Made by a program: the position numbers and the translations under genes
Part shown: one piece after another, positions 20,355 through 29,669 of the stretch
How the letters are laid out: every line of letters starts with the position of its first letter
How positions within the stretch are numbered: the first letter of the stretch is position 1
NCBI GenBank assembly: GCA_046290225.1
Contig: JBKAGE010000049.1
Location: 24,430 to 88,429 of the forward strand
Source of the DNA: Bradymonadia bacterium
GTDB taxonomy: Bacteria; Myxococcota_A; Bradymonadia; UBA7976; UBA1532
Direction of reading: 5' to 3'
DNA length: 64,000 bases
The notes under the pieces: model-generated
Database searches by the model: none
What the model was told of the DNA's origin: nothing
The model's input: the letters and a program-made list of their open reading frames with translations, nothing else

Positions 20355-20914
20355 CCCCCCTTCATCTCTCTGTGCTGACCCTGCTCGCCCTCAACGGCTG
20401 CGACACCGGTGACAGCCCTGCCAGCCATGTGGAGTCATCCTCCGCAGGGGCCTGCGTGCCCGGAGAGCCGGCCATCATCGCGCCCGTCGGCGGGTGGCGT
20501 GTCTCCACAGCAGAAGAGGATGTGTTCTCCGAGCACCGTCCGGCGGCGCCAGACTGCCCGGACTATGCCATCACCATCGAAGGGTTCAGCCTGGAGATCG
20601 ACACTGGGGCCTGTGACTACGTCACCCTGGTGCAGCCGCTGCCGGCCATCTCCACCTGCGACACGCTGGGCATCGATCTGGCCCACCTGCCCCTGGAAGC
20701 CCCAGAGCCCGCGATGGCACACTTCGCCGTGGCCATCGGCGACGAGATCATCTGGAGCCGCGAGATCGAGATCCCCAACGGCCAGCAGGTGTATCAAGTG
20801 CGCTGGTCCATGGAAGAGGCAGTCCCCGAAGGCACCCTCGCCGCGGTGCACCTGCACAACCACGGGGCCAACTCCTGGTACATCGGTGACTTGAGGCGAA
20901 CGCCCGCTCGATAG
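20345..20914 (+). CDS. Hypothetical lipoprotein with C-terminal HLHNHG motif
   Basis: Lipobox LNGC after a hydrophobic stretch. GTG start overlaps the upstream stop region; start is approximate. Confidence 0.7.
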   Translation: MGVTPLHLSVLTLLALNGCDTGDSPASHVESSSAGACVPGEPAIIAPVGGWRVSTAEEDVFSEHRPAAPDCPDYAITIEGFSLEIDTGACDYVTLVQPLPAISTCDTLGIDLAHLPLEAPEPAMAHFAVAIGDEIIWSREIEIPNGQQVYQVRWSMEEAVPEGTLAAVHLHNHGANSWYIGDLRRTPAR

Positions 20915-21002
20915 CGCGGATCCGCGACACGCTCGACTATCCACAGCTGTGGGCTTCTCTGTGGGCAACCCAGGTGGGGTCGCCTGACATCACGCTCAGG
21001 GC

Positions 21003-22613
21003 TCAGGCCTGCTCCGCGGATGTGGTGGTCTCGGCGGCGACCGTTGCCTCGGCCTTTGTGGTGGTCTCTGCAGTCGTCTCTGCAGTGGCCTCTACTGGAG
21101 GCTGCTCAGAGTGCGCGGGCGCTTTGGGCCTGGCCGCAGCGCGCCGGGGCTTCTTCGGTGCCGTCTTCGCAGCAGGCTTCGCCGCCGCCTTCTTTGCACC
21201 TGCCTTGGCGGTTGCGCTCTTTGTGGTGCTGCTCTTTGTCGCGCTGGCCTTCGCAGCAGCGCTCTTCGCCGCTGCGCTCTTGCCGGTCCGAGCCCGTGCT
21301 GTGCTCGCAGGCTTCTTCGCACTCGCCTTCGCACCCGCCTTCGCAGGCGCAGGCTTCTTCGGTGCCGTCTTCGCAGCAGGGGCCTTCTTCGCAGTCGCCT
21401 TACGGGGTGCGGGGCGCTTTGCGGCAGGCTTCGGCGCCTCTTCAGCGACAGCCTCAACAGGGGCAGCCTTTGCAGCCACCTCGGGCACCGACTGACGCAG
21501 CTCGGCCTCCACGATGGCGTCGGCGACGCTGTTCCAAAGGCCCGTAAAGCGCGCCTCGTCGAAGTTCGACCCTGAGGGCAGCCAGTCGGTGAACGGATCG
21601 CCGCCGCCCCAGGTGAACTGACCCACCACATCGAGGTGATCCCCCACCACAGCAGTGATGGGGCGGCCGTAGAGCTGGCTCAGCGTGGGCACCACGCCGT
21701 CGTTCGACGCAGAATCGAGTTCGAAGGGCAGGCTCTGGGCCCACTCCGGGTTCGCCCCCATGGTCGGGCTCGGGTAGGGGTAGCTCTTCGGGGCCTTCGC
21801 CGTGAGGGTGTACATCAGCCGGAAAACCTTGAAGAGGGCGATCTGCGCCGGGTGATAACGACGCTTGAGCTGCTCGGCCCCTTCCGGGGGCGCCGCCGCG
21901 AGCACACAGCGGTAATCCACGCCGGGGCGATCAGTCACTGCTGCGTTGAACAGGTCAGTGCCTTCGGGCGTGAGCTGGATCACCGCCCCCTGATCTTCGG
22001 AAATGTCCTCGAGGAACCCGAAGAAGGGATCGTCCTTCCGCGTGCTGATGCTGCCCAGGGCCCGCTCGACCAGGCGATCGAGGAAGTTGCGCTCGAGGCC
22101 GATGCGATCGTCCAGGCGGGCGATGGTGCGCAGCGCCTGGATGCCCATGACGATGCCACTGCGGCCCTTACCGCTCGTCGCCAGCGCCGCCATCGTACGC
22201 AGGATGTGGCGCCCCTGCAGGGTGGTGAAGAACCGTGCCAGGGGGGTGCCGAAGTGGGGGGTGCACACCGAGATGACGCTCTTGAGGCGGGCGCCGATCT
22301 CTTCCTCGTCGTCTCCAGGGCGCAGCTGCACTCCGGGGGTGGCGAGCAACCGGATGTCGAGCCCTCCGGTGGAATGACCGATCAGGTGCAGCGAGCCCTC
22401 GCGGCCCCCCTTCTCGAAGATCTCGTCGATCAAGGTGTCGGCCCGGGACCGGATCGAGCCCGTGGGCTGGGTCGACGTCTGCTGCACGATGGCCTCGACG
22501 CCCCGTGCCTTCAGCGCCTCGGTGAGGATCTCTTCGACGCGGTGGAAGTAGTCGATGTCGCCGAACTGGCTGAAACCAAAGAAACCAGGAACCAGGAATA
22601 CGTTGACGCTCAT
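21003..22613 (-). CDS. Lipase-like alpha/beta hydrolase with histone H1-like Ala/Lys/Pro-rich C-terminal tail
   Basis: VFLVPGFFGF oxyanion motif, GHSTGG nucleophile, TPHFGT, NDGVVP, DHLDVVG and a PAAK-rich tail. RBS GAGGAGG before the ATG at 22613. Confidence 0.85.
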   Translation of the reverse strand: MSVNVFLVPGFFGFSQFGDIDYFHRVEEILTEALKARGVEAIVQQTSTQPTGSIRSRADTLIDEIFEKGGREGSLHLIGHSTGGLDIRLLATPGVQLRPGDDEEEIGARLKSVISVCTPHFGTPLARFFTTLQGRHILRTMAALATSGKGRSGIVMGIQALRTIARLDDRIGLERNFLDRLVERALGSISTRKDDPFFGFLEDISEDQGAVIQLTPEGTDLFNAAVTDRPGVDYRCVLAAAPPEGAEQLKRRYHPAQIALFKVFRLMYTLTAKAPKSYPYPSPTMGANPEWAQSLPFELDSASNDGVVPTLSQLYGRPITAVVGDHLDVVGQFTWGGGDPFTDWLPSGSNFDEARFTGLWNSVADAIVEAELRQSVPEVAAKAAPVEAVAEEAPKPAAKRPAPRKATAKKAPAAKTAPKKPAPAKAGAKASAKKPASTARARTGKSAAAKSAAAKASATKSSTTKSATAKAGAKKAAAKPAAKTAPKKPRRAAARPKAPAHSEQPPVEATAETTAETTTKAEATVAAETTTSAEQA

Positions 22614-22818
22614 GTGCGCTCCCCTCCTCGATGTGTCGGGCCAGGTCTCACCCAGCGGCCCACAGACGGGGGCATGATAGCGGCCGTGGCTTTCAAATCG
22701 AGGCCTGAGGGCCTTCAACCACGTGGTGAGGGTGTGGTGCAGAGCGCACGACATATGTGTGTAAGACATCGCGTCCTGGTGCATCTCGTCTGTGGCACAC
22801 ACCACATGGGGGACACAC

Positions 22819-24906
22819 ATGACCATGCGCATCTCGACACTGGGGGCGCTGACGCTCAGCTGCCTGACGGCCACTCTCGGCGACGTGCACACCGCAGAGG
22901 CCTGCGGATGCCTCTCACCGCCCATACCTGAGGCCGAGCAGGCCGACTTCGCCATCAACCAGCAGGGTGAGCAGATCATCTTCGAAGTGGGCGACGGCAC
23001 TGTGACTGCTCATGTGCTGATCAGGTACGCCGGCGAGCCTGAGAAGTTCGCCTGGATCGTGCCCGTACCCGACGTGCCCGACTTCGCGCTGAGCTCTGCA
23101 GCGCTCTTCGGCCTGGTCGGGCAGAGTACCCGGCCCCGCCTCTTCGCCAATGTGGAGAGCATCTGTCCTTCCAGTGAGTACACATGTCGCTACCACCGGA
23201 CGCCCTGGTGTTCCATTGAGGATGAAGGCGGCTCACACGGTGGGGCAGGCGCAGGTGGCGGTGAAGCGGGCGCCGGCGGCTATGCAGGTGGTGCCGGCGG
23301 AGACGCTTTTGGAGGTGAAGGTGGCCAGGGTGGTGTCGGCGGGCCTCCACCGGTTCAGGTACACCAGCGGGAGACGATCGGAAGCTACGACACGGTGGTG
23401 TTGAGCGGTGAGAGCGCCGAGGCGGTGGTGAGCTGGCTCACAGAAGAGGGCTTCATCGTCAACGAGAGCATGGCGCCTTACATGCAGCCCTATCTCGAGG
23501 CCAACATGCTCTTCGCGGCCAGCAAGCTCGTCCCCGGCGCCGACGTCTCCGAGATTCAGCCATTGCAGATGACCTTCCCTGCAGAGCATCCCATGATCCC
23601 GCTGCAGCTCACCGCCGTCGCTGCTGAGCCCCACATGCCCATCACCGCTTACATCTTCGCCGACAGGTCATACGTCCCAGCAGAGCAACCCCTTGTCCTG
23701 CCTGGGGACGACTTGTTCAGCGGTGGCAATTATCCTGCAGCCCTGAATCGCGCCATCGACATGGCCGGCGGTGATGCCTTCATCGCTGAGTTTTCTGGCC
23801 CTCTGCGCCCCAACCCAGTGCTCGATGAGGCCTGCTGTGATCCTGGCCGTGACGTCTGCGGTTGGGGTGGAGATGGTGTCTGCTCCTGCCCAGGGCTCGA
23901 CTTCGAAGCAGAAGACTGTGCTGACCAGACAGACCTTCTTCAAGGTGTGCAGCAATACAACCAGCTCTCTGAAACACATGGCAACGTCACCCGCCTCACG
24001 ACGATCTTGTCACCTGAAGAGATGACGTTCGACCCCATGTTCTCCCCTGGTCCAATCGAGCTTCAGGGGCCCCGCATACTCACAGGCCGTCGCTTCAACT
24101 TGAGTCATTGCATCCCCAATATCATCGAGCCCGATGACCGGACACGCGTCACGCGCGCACGTAACATTCAAGCCTGTGAAAATATGTATTGCGGCAGTGA
24201 AGCAGACACATGCGCCGTCGCCGCCGGCCCCAACGTCGGTTGTATCTGTGCCCCCGGTCGAGTCGCTCGTCGTTACACCAACCTCGACGGCGCAGTCCAG
24301 GTCACTTGTGTGCCCGACACACATACGGTCGACCTCTCCGTCGACGGTATCCCACCGCCAAGTGCATGTCTGGGTGTGGACTGTGCGGAAGGTGTCTGTG
24401 TCGATGTTGGTGGTTTCCCCACTTGCCGCTGTGATCCAGGCAAGGTGGCGGTACAGGTCATCGACAGCAATCCTGCGCCCACCTGCGTAGATCCCACAGT
24501 GACCGCTGATGGGCCCGGCGGGGAAAACTACACCCTCGACTTCCCCGACATCCCAGTCTGTGCGCCGAGACCCAACGGCTGTGGCGCCGATGGCTGGTTG
24601 GTGCCCAGAGCCTTGAGAGCAGGTGAGATACGTGGAGTCATGTGTCCATCCTCTATCCCAGATCCCGCGTTGCTCGTGCCTCCACCACCGCCGAGATGCC
24701 CAGAGAGCGATGACTCCGACGACTCTGACGACTCCGACGACTCAAGTGGCTCGGGTGGCTCGGGCGAACCCATGTCCATGGCGGACGGTGGTCCGACGCG
24801 CTACGTAGATCGCGAGTCTGGGTGCAGCTGCCGCACCTATGACGGAGGCGCTGGTGGCCTGTGGCTTTTGCCTCTGTTGCTGGGCTTCGCGATACGACGT
24901 CGCTGA
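22819..24906 (+). CDS. DUF2330-like secreted protein with Cys-rich/EGF-like C-terminus and MYXO-CTERM-like sorting signal
   Basis: AEACGC N-terminus, FAWIVPVP, IGSYDTVVL and PMIPLQLTAVAA. Ends GCSC...GLWLLPLLLGFAIRRR. Confidence 0.8.
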   Translation: MTMRISTLGALTLSCLTATLGDVHTAEACGCLSPPIPEAEQADFAINQQGEQIIFEVGDGTVTAHVLIRYAGEPEKFAWIVPVPDVPDFALSSAALFGLVGQSTRPRLFANVESICPSSEYTCRYHRTPWCSIEDEGGSHGGAGAGGGEAGAGGYAGGAGGDAFGGEGGQGGVGGPPPVQVHQRETIGSYDTVVLSGESAEAVVSWLTEEGFIVNESMAPYMQPYLEANMLFAASKLVPGADVSEIQPLQMTFPAEHPMIPLQLTAVAAEPHMPITAYIFADRSYVPAEQPLVLPGDDLFSGGNYPAALNRAIDMAGGDAFIAEFSGPLRPNPVLDEACCDPGRDVCGWGGDGVCSCPGLDFEAEDCADQTDLLQGVQQYNQLSETHGNVTRLTTILSPEEMTFDPMFSPGPIELQGPRILTGRRFNLSHCIPNIIEPDDRTRVTRARNIQACENMYCGSEADTCAVAAGPNVGCICAPGRVARRYTNLDGAVQVTCVPDTHTVDLSVDGIPPPSACLGVDCAEGVCVDVGGFPTCRCDPGKVAVQVIDSNPAPTCVDPTVTADGPGGENYTLDFPDIPVCAPRPNGCGADGWLVPRALRAGEIRGVMCPSSIPDPALLVPPPPPRCPESDDSDDSDDSDDSSGSGGSGEPMSMADGGPTRYVDRESGCSCRTYDGGAGGLWLLPLLLGFAIRRR

Positions 24907-24907
24907 C

Positions 24908-25231
24908 TCAAGGCCCGCTCACATCGAGCTCCCACACCTGCTGAGCGTATTCGAGGATCAGGGCGCAGAGGCCCTCTTCGAGGGTGTGCGTGTCACGACG
25001 AAAATACGACGCCCCCAATGGCCCCCCACTGGCGACGACGGTGTAGGGGCCGCTGTCTCCGGAGCCGCGACGCTCTCCATCCAGCTTGATCAAGATCACA
25101 GCCCCATCGACACGCATCCGCTCGAGCAAAGGCCGAACTGGATCTACGCCACTCCAATCTTCGGCGATTGAAACCCCGAGCTGTTCAGCGACCCAGCACA
25201 CACGCCATCTTTGATGCGCTCGCGGTGTCAT
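24908..25231 (-). CDS. Small hypothetical protein
   Basis: ATGA overlap with the upstream stop, RBS GGAGG, globular-looking sequence (AVILIKLDGER...PYTVV). Confidence 0.6.
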   Translation of the reverse strand: MTPRAHQRWRVCWVAEQLGVSIAEDWSGVDPVRPLLERMRVDGAVILIKLDGERRGSGDSGPYTVVASGGPLGASYFRRDTHTLEEGLCALILEYAQQVWELDVSGP

Positions 25232-26553
25232 CGTCCTCCACGAAAGCCCCGAGCATCGATGCCAAGTGCCTTCAACCATCGATAGACTTGCTGACGATGT
25301 TGCCCAAGCACTCGAGCCACAGCTGCGACATTGCCCTGATGCTCGCCCAGCAGCCGCTCCAGCTCACCCCGCTCAGGCATGCTCGAGGTCTGTGCTTCTG
25401 ACGCCCCATCGGGGGCAGCAGGCCGCCGCATGCTCTCCGGCAACAGCTCGGTACCAATACTGCTCAGTCGTGGGGCAAAGACAGCGATGCGATCCGCGAG
25501 CAACTTCAGCTCACGGACGTTGCGGGGCCAGCTGTACGTCAACAGCCGCTCTGCGGCGTCAGTGGTCAGCTCGGGGCATGTGGGGAGAGCCGATTTGAGA
25601 AACCCCCAAAACAACCTGAGCACCTCTTCTCGACGCTCAGCGAGTCCAGGCAGTGAGATGGTGATGCCTGCGAGGCGGGCGTAGAGATCCGAGCGGAACC
25701 GTCCATCCTCTGCCGCCTGCTCCAGGTCTTGATGGGTCGCCGCCACCACCCGCACGTGCACAGGGATCTCCCGGTCTGATCCCACCGGGCGGACTTTGCC
25801 CTCTTGCAGCACGCGCAACAGGGCCGCCTGTTGGGCCATGGGCAGCTCAGCGATCTCGTCGAGGAAGATCGTGCCTCGATCTGCTTCGACGAACAGGCCT
25901 TTTCTCTGGGTGTTGGCGCCCGAGAAGGCGCCCCGCACGTGACCGAACAGTTCGCTCTCGAGCAGATGCGCCGGGATCGCCGCGCAGTTGAGTGGAACCA
26001 GCGGGCCCTGACGACCGCTGGATGCGTGCAGATGCGCCACCAGCCGCTCTTTGCCCGCACCAGTAGGCCCATGCACCAACACCGGTAACTCACTGGGGGC
26101 AACAGTCTCTGCAAGCGACTCTGCCTGAGCCCGACCAAGAGCCACCCCAGTAAAGACATCGGGCGTCGGTAACCCCGGGAGTTGCTCGCACTCGTTGTAG
26201 ACCAGCAACGAGTCTCCAATTCGGAGGACTGCGCCTGGCCGCAGGTAGTCCGACGTGAGCGGTACCCCATCGAGGCTGCTCCCATTCGTGCTCTCTGCGT
26301 CGGAGACCCGGAACAGGCCGTATTCGCCCACCCAACTCAACCGCAAATGAACACGGCTGATCTGGTTGTCTTCCACAGTGATGCCATTGCGACCGGGTTC
26401 ACGGCCGATCACGTACCCCTCGGGCAACAGCACATGACACTCAGGGGGATCGAGGGCCTTACCCCTCTGGTAAACCACCCACAACGCCCGCAAGCGCGTA
26501 GGGCCCGCGCCAGCCTTCCCGAGCGTACCTGGCTTCATCGTCGTCCCGGCCAT
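25228..26553 (-). CDS. FHA-domain sigma-54-dependent enhancer-binding protein (FHA-AAA+-Fis HTH)
   Basis: FHA motifs IGR, ISRVH and STNGS. GPTGAGKE, ESELFGHVRGAFSGA, FLDEI and WPRNVREL, plus a C-terminal HTH. Confidence 0.93.
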   Translation of the reverse strand: MAGTTMKPGTLGKAGAGPTRLRALWVVYQRGKALDPPECHVLLPEGYVIGREPGRNGITVEDNQISRVHLRLSWVGEYGLFRVSDAESTNGSSLDGVPLTSDYLRPGAVLRIGDSLLVYNECEQLPGLPTPDVFTGVALGRAQAESLAETVAPSELPVLVHGPTGAGKERLVAHLHASSGRQGPLVPLNCAAIPAHLLESELFGHVRGAFSGANTQRKGLFVEADRGTIFLDEIAELPMAQQAALLRVLQEGKVRPVGSDREIPVHVRVVAATHQDLEQAAEDGRFRSDLYARLAGITISLPGLAERREEVLRLFWGFLKSALPTCPELTTDAAERLLTYSWPRNVRELKLLADRIAVFAPRLSSIGTELLPESMRRPAAPDGASEAQTSSMPERGELERLLGEHQGNVAAVARVLGQHRQQVYRWLKALGIDARGFRGGR

Positions 26554-26734
26554 CTATGCCTCACCCTCGTGCTGTACGGGTGTACGTCGGCGCAGGTTGT
26601 ACCACAGGGCAGATCGAAGGTGCTCGGCTCGGGCCTTCGCGATGCGCAACACGTGACGTCACAGCGTCACAGCAGCGAGGTCCAAAAACAGCGAGTAGGC
26701 CTCAAAAGGACTGATACCGCGGTCCGGAGTCACT

Positions 26735-26750
26735 TGGCACGCCCCTTGGA
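26735..26750 (+). promoter_or_regulatory. Putative sigma-54 promoter (-24/-12)
   Basis: TGGCAC-GCCCC-TTGGA versus consensus TGGCAC-N5-TTGCW, 50 bp upstream of the 26800 start and divergent from the EBP gene. Confidence 0.6.
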
Positions 26751-26799
26751 TAAGAGTGTTTTCGACAAACGAACACCCTCAACCACATAGGAGAATGTC

Positions 26800-27621
26800 A
26801 TGAAGACTCTGCTCGCCAGCCTCAGCCTCGTCGCCTTGCTTACCAGCTCAGCCATGGCTGGCACCTGCTACGAAGACTCTGCGGTTCACGGACGAGACAT
26901 GCCCTCGTTTGCACCCAACAACGCCTATGGCCTCGAGTCGTTCCGCTTCAAATTCACCAATGGAGATCACCACATACGGCGAATTGCAGTCGAAGCTTGG
27001 AAGAGAGGCTCCACTGATATGCTGTCCACCTCGTTGGCAGACAAGGGCAACAACGACCCATATGAGTTCAGAGTGTGTGGTGTAAAACTCGACAAAGTGC
27101 CTGGGGTCAAGCTGGGCACTGCCAAGGTCAGCGGTCGAGGTACTGGCTGGACTTCACTCGGAGTGAACCAGATGTACAACTACGAGTTCGTCATTCGCGG
27201 GTTCGACCTTCAGTTCAAGCAAGGTGACCGTGAGTTGAGAAAAATCATGGTCGAATATGACCGCAATACACGGCGCCTCAATGTTCACTTCAAAGACGAC
27301 GGCAACCCTTACTTCACGGCAGAGATCCAATATGCCTGGGTCCCCAGGTCTCGGCTGATACCGCTCGGCACACCGAAGAAGAGCGTGAACATGACGCGCT
27401 TCAACAGCCGGGCTTTCGCAGGCGGCAAGGGTCAGGACACAATGAAGCTCAAGGGTCAGAGGGGCAAGCGCATGTTGCAGAGCTTCGAGTTCACGTACAA
27501 AGACGCCACACATCACATGGACGAGTTGGTTCTGAACTTGTGGAACGGCGCCGCCGCTCTGAACGACAAGAACAACGACGACATCTTCCGCCTGGAAACG
27601 AAGTACGTAGTGTTGAGGTGA
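26800..27621 (+). CDS. Secreted basic protein with three internal beta-rich repeats
   Basis: RBS AGGAG, signal peptide (SAMA-G), repeats LESFRFKFTNGDHHI / IRGFDLQFKQGDREL / LQSFEFTYKDATHHM. Confidence 0.85.
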   Translation: MKTLLASLSLVALLTSSAMAGTCYEDSAVHGRDMPSFAPNNAYGLESFRFKFTNGDHHIRRIAVEAWKRGSTDMLSTSLADKGNNDPYEFRVCGVKLDKVPGVKLGTAKVSGRGTGWTSLGVNQMYNYEFVIRGFDLQFKQGDRELRKIMVEYDRNTRRLNVHFKDDGNPYFTAEIQYAWVPRSRLIPLGTPKKSVNMTRFNSRAFAGGKGQDTMKLKGQRGKRMLQSFEFTYKDATHHMDELVLNLWNGAAALNDKNNDDIFRLETKYVVLR

Positions 27622-28101
27622 CTCTCTTACTCACCTCATCGAGCATATCCGTGAGCTGTGGCCGATAGAGGCTCACGGCAAACTCGACGCTGTCATCGAA
27701 AAGCGTCAGCTCACCTGATCGCGTGGTCATCGCGGTACGCGGCCGATCAAATGGAACCACCCCCAAAGTGGCGATCCCATAGAAGACCCCCCTCCGAAAC
27801 AGGCCTGACCCCATTGCCACCAACTACACCCACTCGACGGTGCTGACGTCGTGGTTGGCGATCTACAATAGCCCCACACCTACGGTCGTCTTGGAGCGGG
27901 ATGTGTCCTGACATGCCCAAGTGCTCTTGGACCGGTGCCCTCATATGGGCGATTTCACATATGCCTCACAGACCAGTCCAGTGATCCTGCGTGTGAAAAC
28001 CGGATCTTTGTTTACTTCTACTGGACCAGTATTTTCGTGAAATCAGTTGAAAACCACAGACCGCCGACCACGGGTCTGGCGGCGCAGCGACGAGGTGTCC
28101 C

Positions 28102-28997
28102 ATGGAGAACGCTTCCTTCCAGACCGCAACGTTCAAGGCCAAGGTCGGCCTCGCCGAGATGCTCAAAGGCGGGGTGATCCTCGACGTGATCAACGCCGAG
28201 CAGGCCCGCATCGCCGAAGACGCCGGCGCCTCCGCCGTCATGGCCCTCGAGCGCGTGCCCGCCATGATCCGCAAGGATGGCGGCGTGGCCCGGGCGAGCG
28301 ATCCCGCCATGATCGAAGAGATCAAGGCAGCAGTGAGCATCCCGGTCATGGCCAAGTGCCGTATCGGGCACTTCATGGAAGCCCGCATCATCGAGGCCCT
28401 TGAGGTCGACTTCATCGACGAGTCCGAGGTGCTCACCCCCGCTGACGAGCAGTTCCACATCGACAAGCACGGCTTCAAGGTGCCCTTCGTCTGTGGCTGC
28501 ACCGACATCGGTGAGGCCCTGCGCCGCATCGGCGAAGGCGCCGCCATGATGCGTACCAAGGGCGAGGCCGGCACCGGCAACGTCGTCGAGGGCGTGCGCC
28601 ACCTGCGCACCCTGCGTACCCAGATCCGCAAGCTGACTCAGTGCAGCAGCGACGAGTTGATGACCGAGGCCAAGAACCTCGGCGCCCCCTACGAGATCGT
28701 GCGCTGGGTGGCCGAGCACGGTCGCCTGCCGGTGCCCAACTTCGCCGCCGGTGGCATCGCCACCCCCGCCGACGCCGCCCTGTGCATGGCTCTGGGCGCT
28801 GAGGCCGTCTTCGTGGGCAGTGGGGTCTTCATGTCGGAAGATCCCGTGCGTCGGGCCAAGGCCATCGTCGACGCCACCACCTACTGGGAGGATCCCAAGA
28901 AGCTCAAGGAGATCAGCAAGGGCCTGGGCACCGCCATGAGCGGCGTCGAGATCAACAAGCTGAGCGAGGCCGAGCGCATGGCCTACCGAGGCTGGTA

Positions 28998-28998
<1 letters not shown>
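28102..28998 (+). CDS. pdxS: Pyridoxal 5'-phosphate synthase lyase subunit
   Basis: [33 protein letters not shown] and [15 protein letters not shown]; ends RGW. Confidence 0.98.
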
Positions 28999-29558
<560 letters not shown>

Positions 29559-29669
29559 CCCATAACGCGTCATTTATTTTCGTCGTTCCGCTCCCCTTCC
29601 TGTTGACACCCACCTGCCCTCTGATACATGTGCCTCACAGTGTCACATCACGACACGTTGGAGGCTCAA

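Noticed and set aside
20938..20970. DnaA-box-like CTATCCACA and two TGTGGGC motifs between convergent genes
   Set aside because: Mismatched boxes, no AT-rich unwinding element and no dnaA/dnaN context, so not enough for an origin call.
27625..27944. Possible degraded gene fragment on the minus strand (GSGLF..G..YGIAT, vaguely protease-like)
   Set aside because: Short, interrupted by stops, no RBS; the similarity is too weak to call a pseudogene without a search.
29603..29630. TTGACA with possible TG-n-TACATG -10 upstream of the 29670 lipoprotein
   Set aside because: The -10 match and spacing are mediocre; plausible but not supportable.
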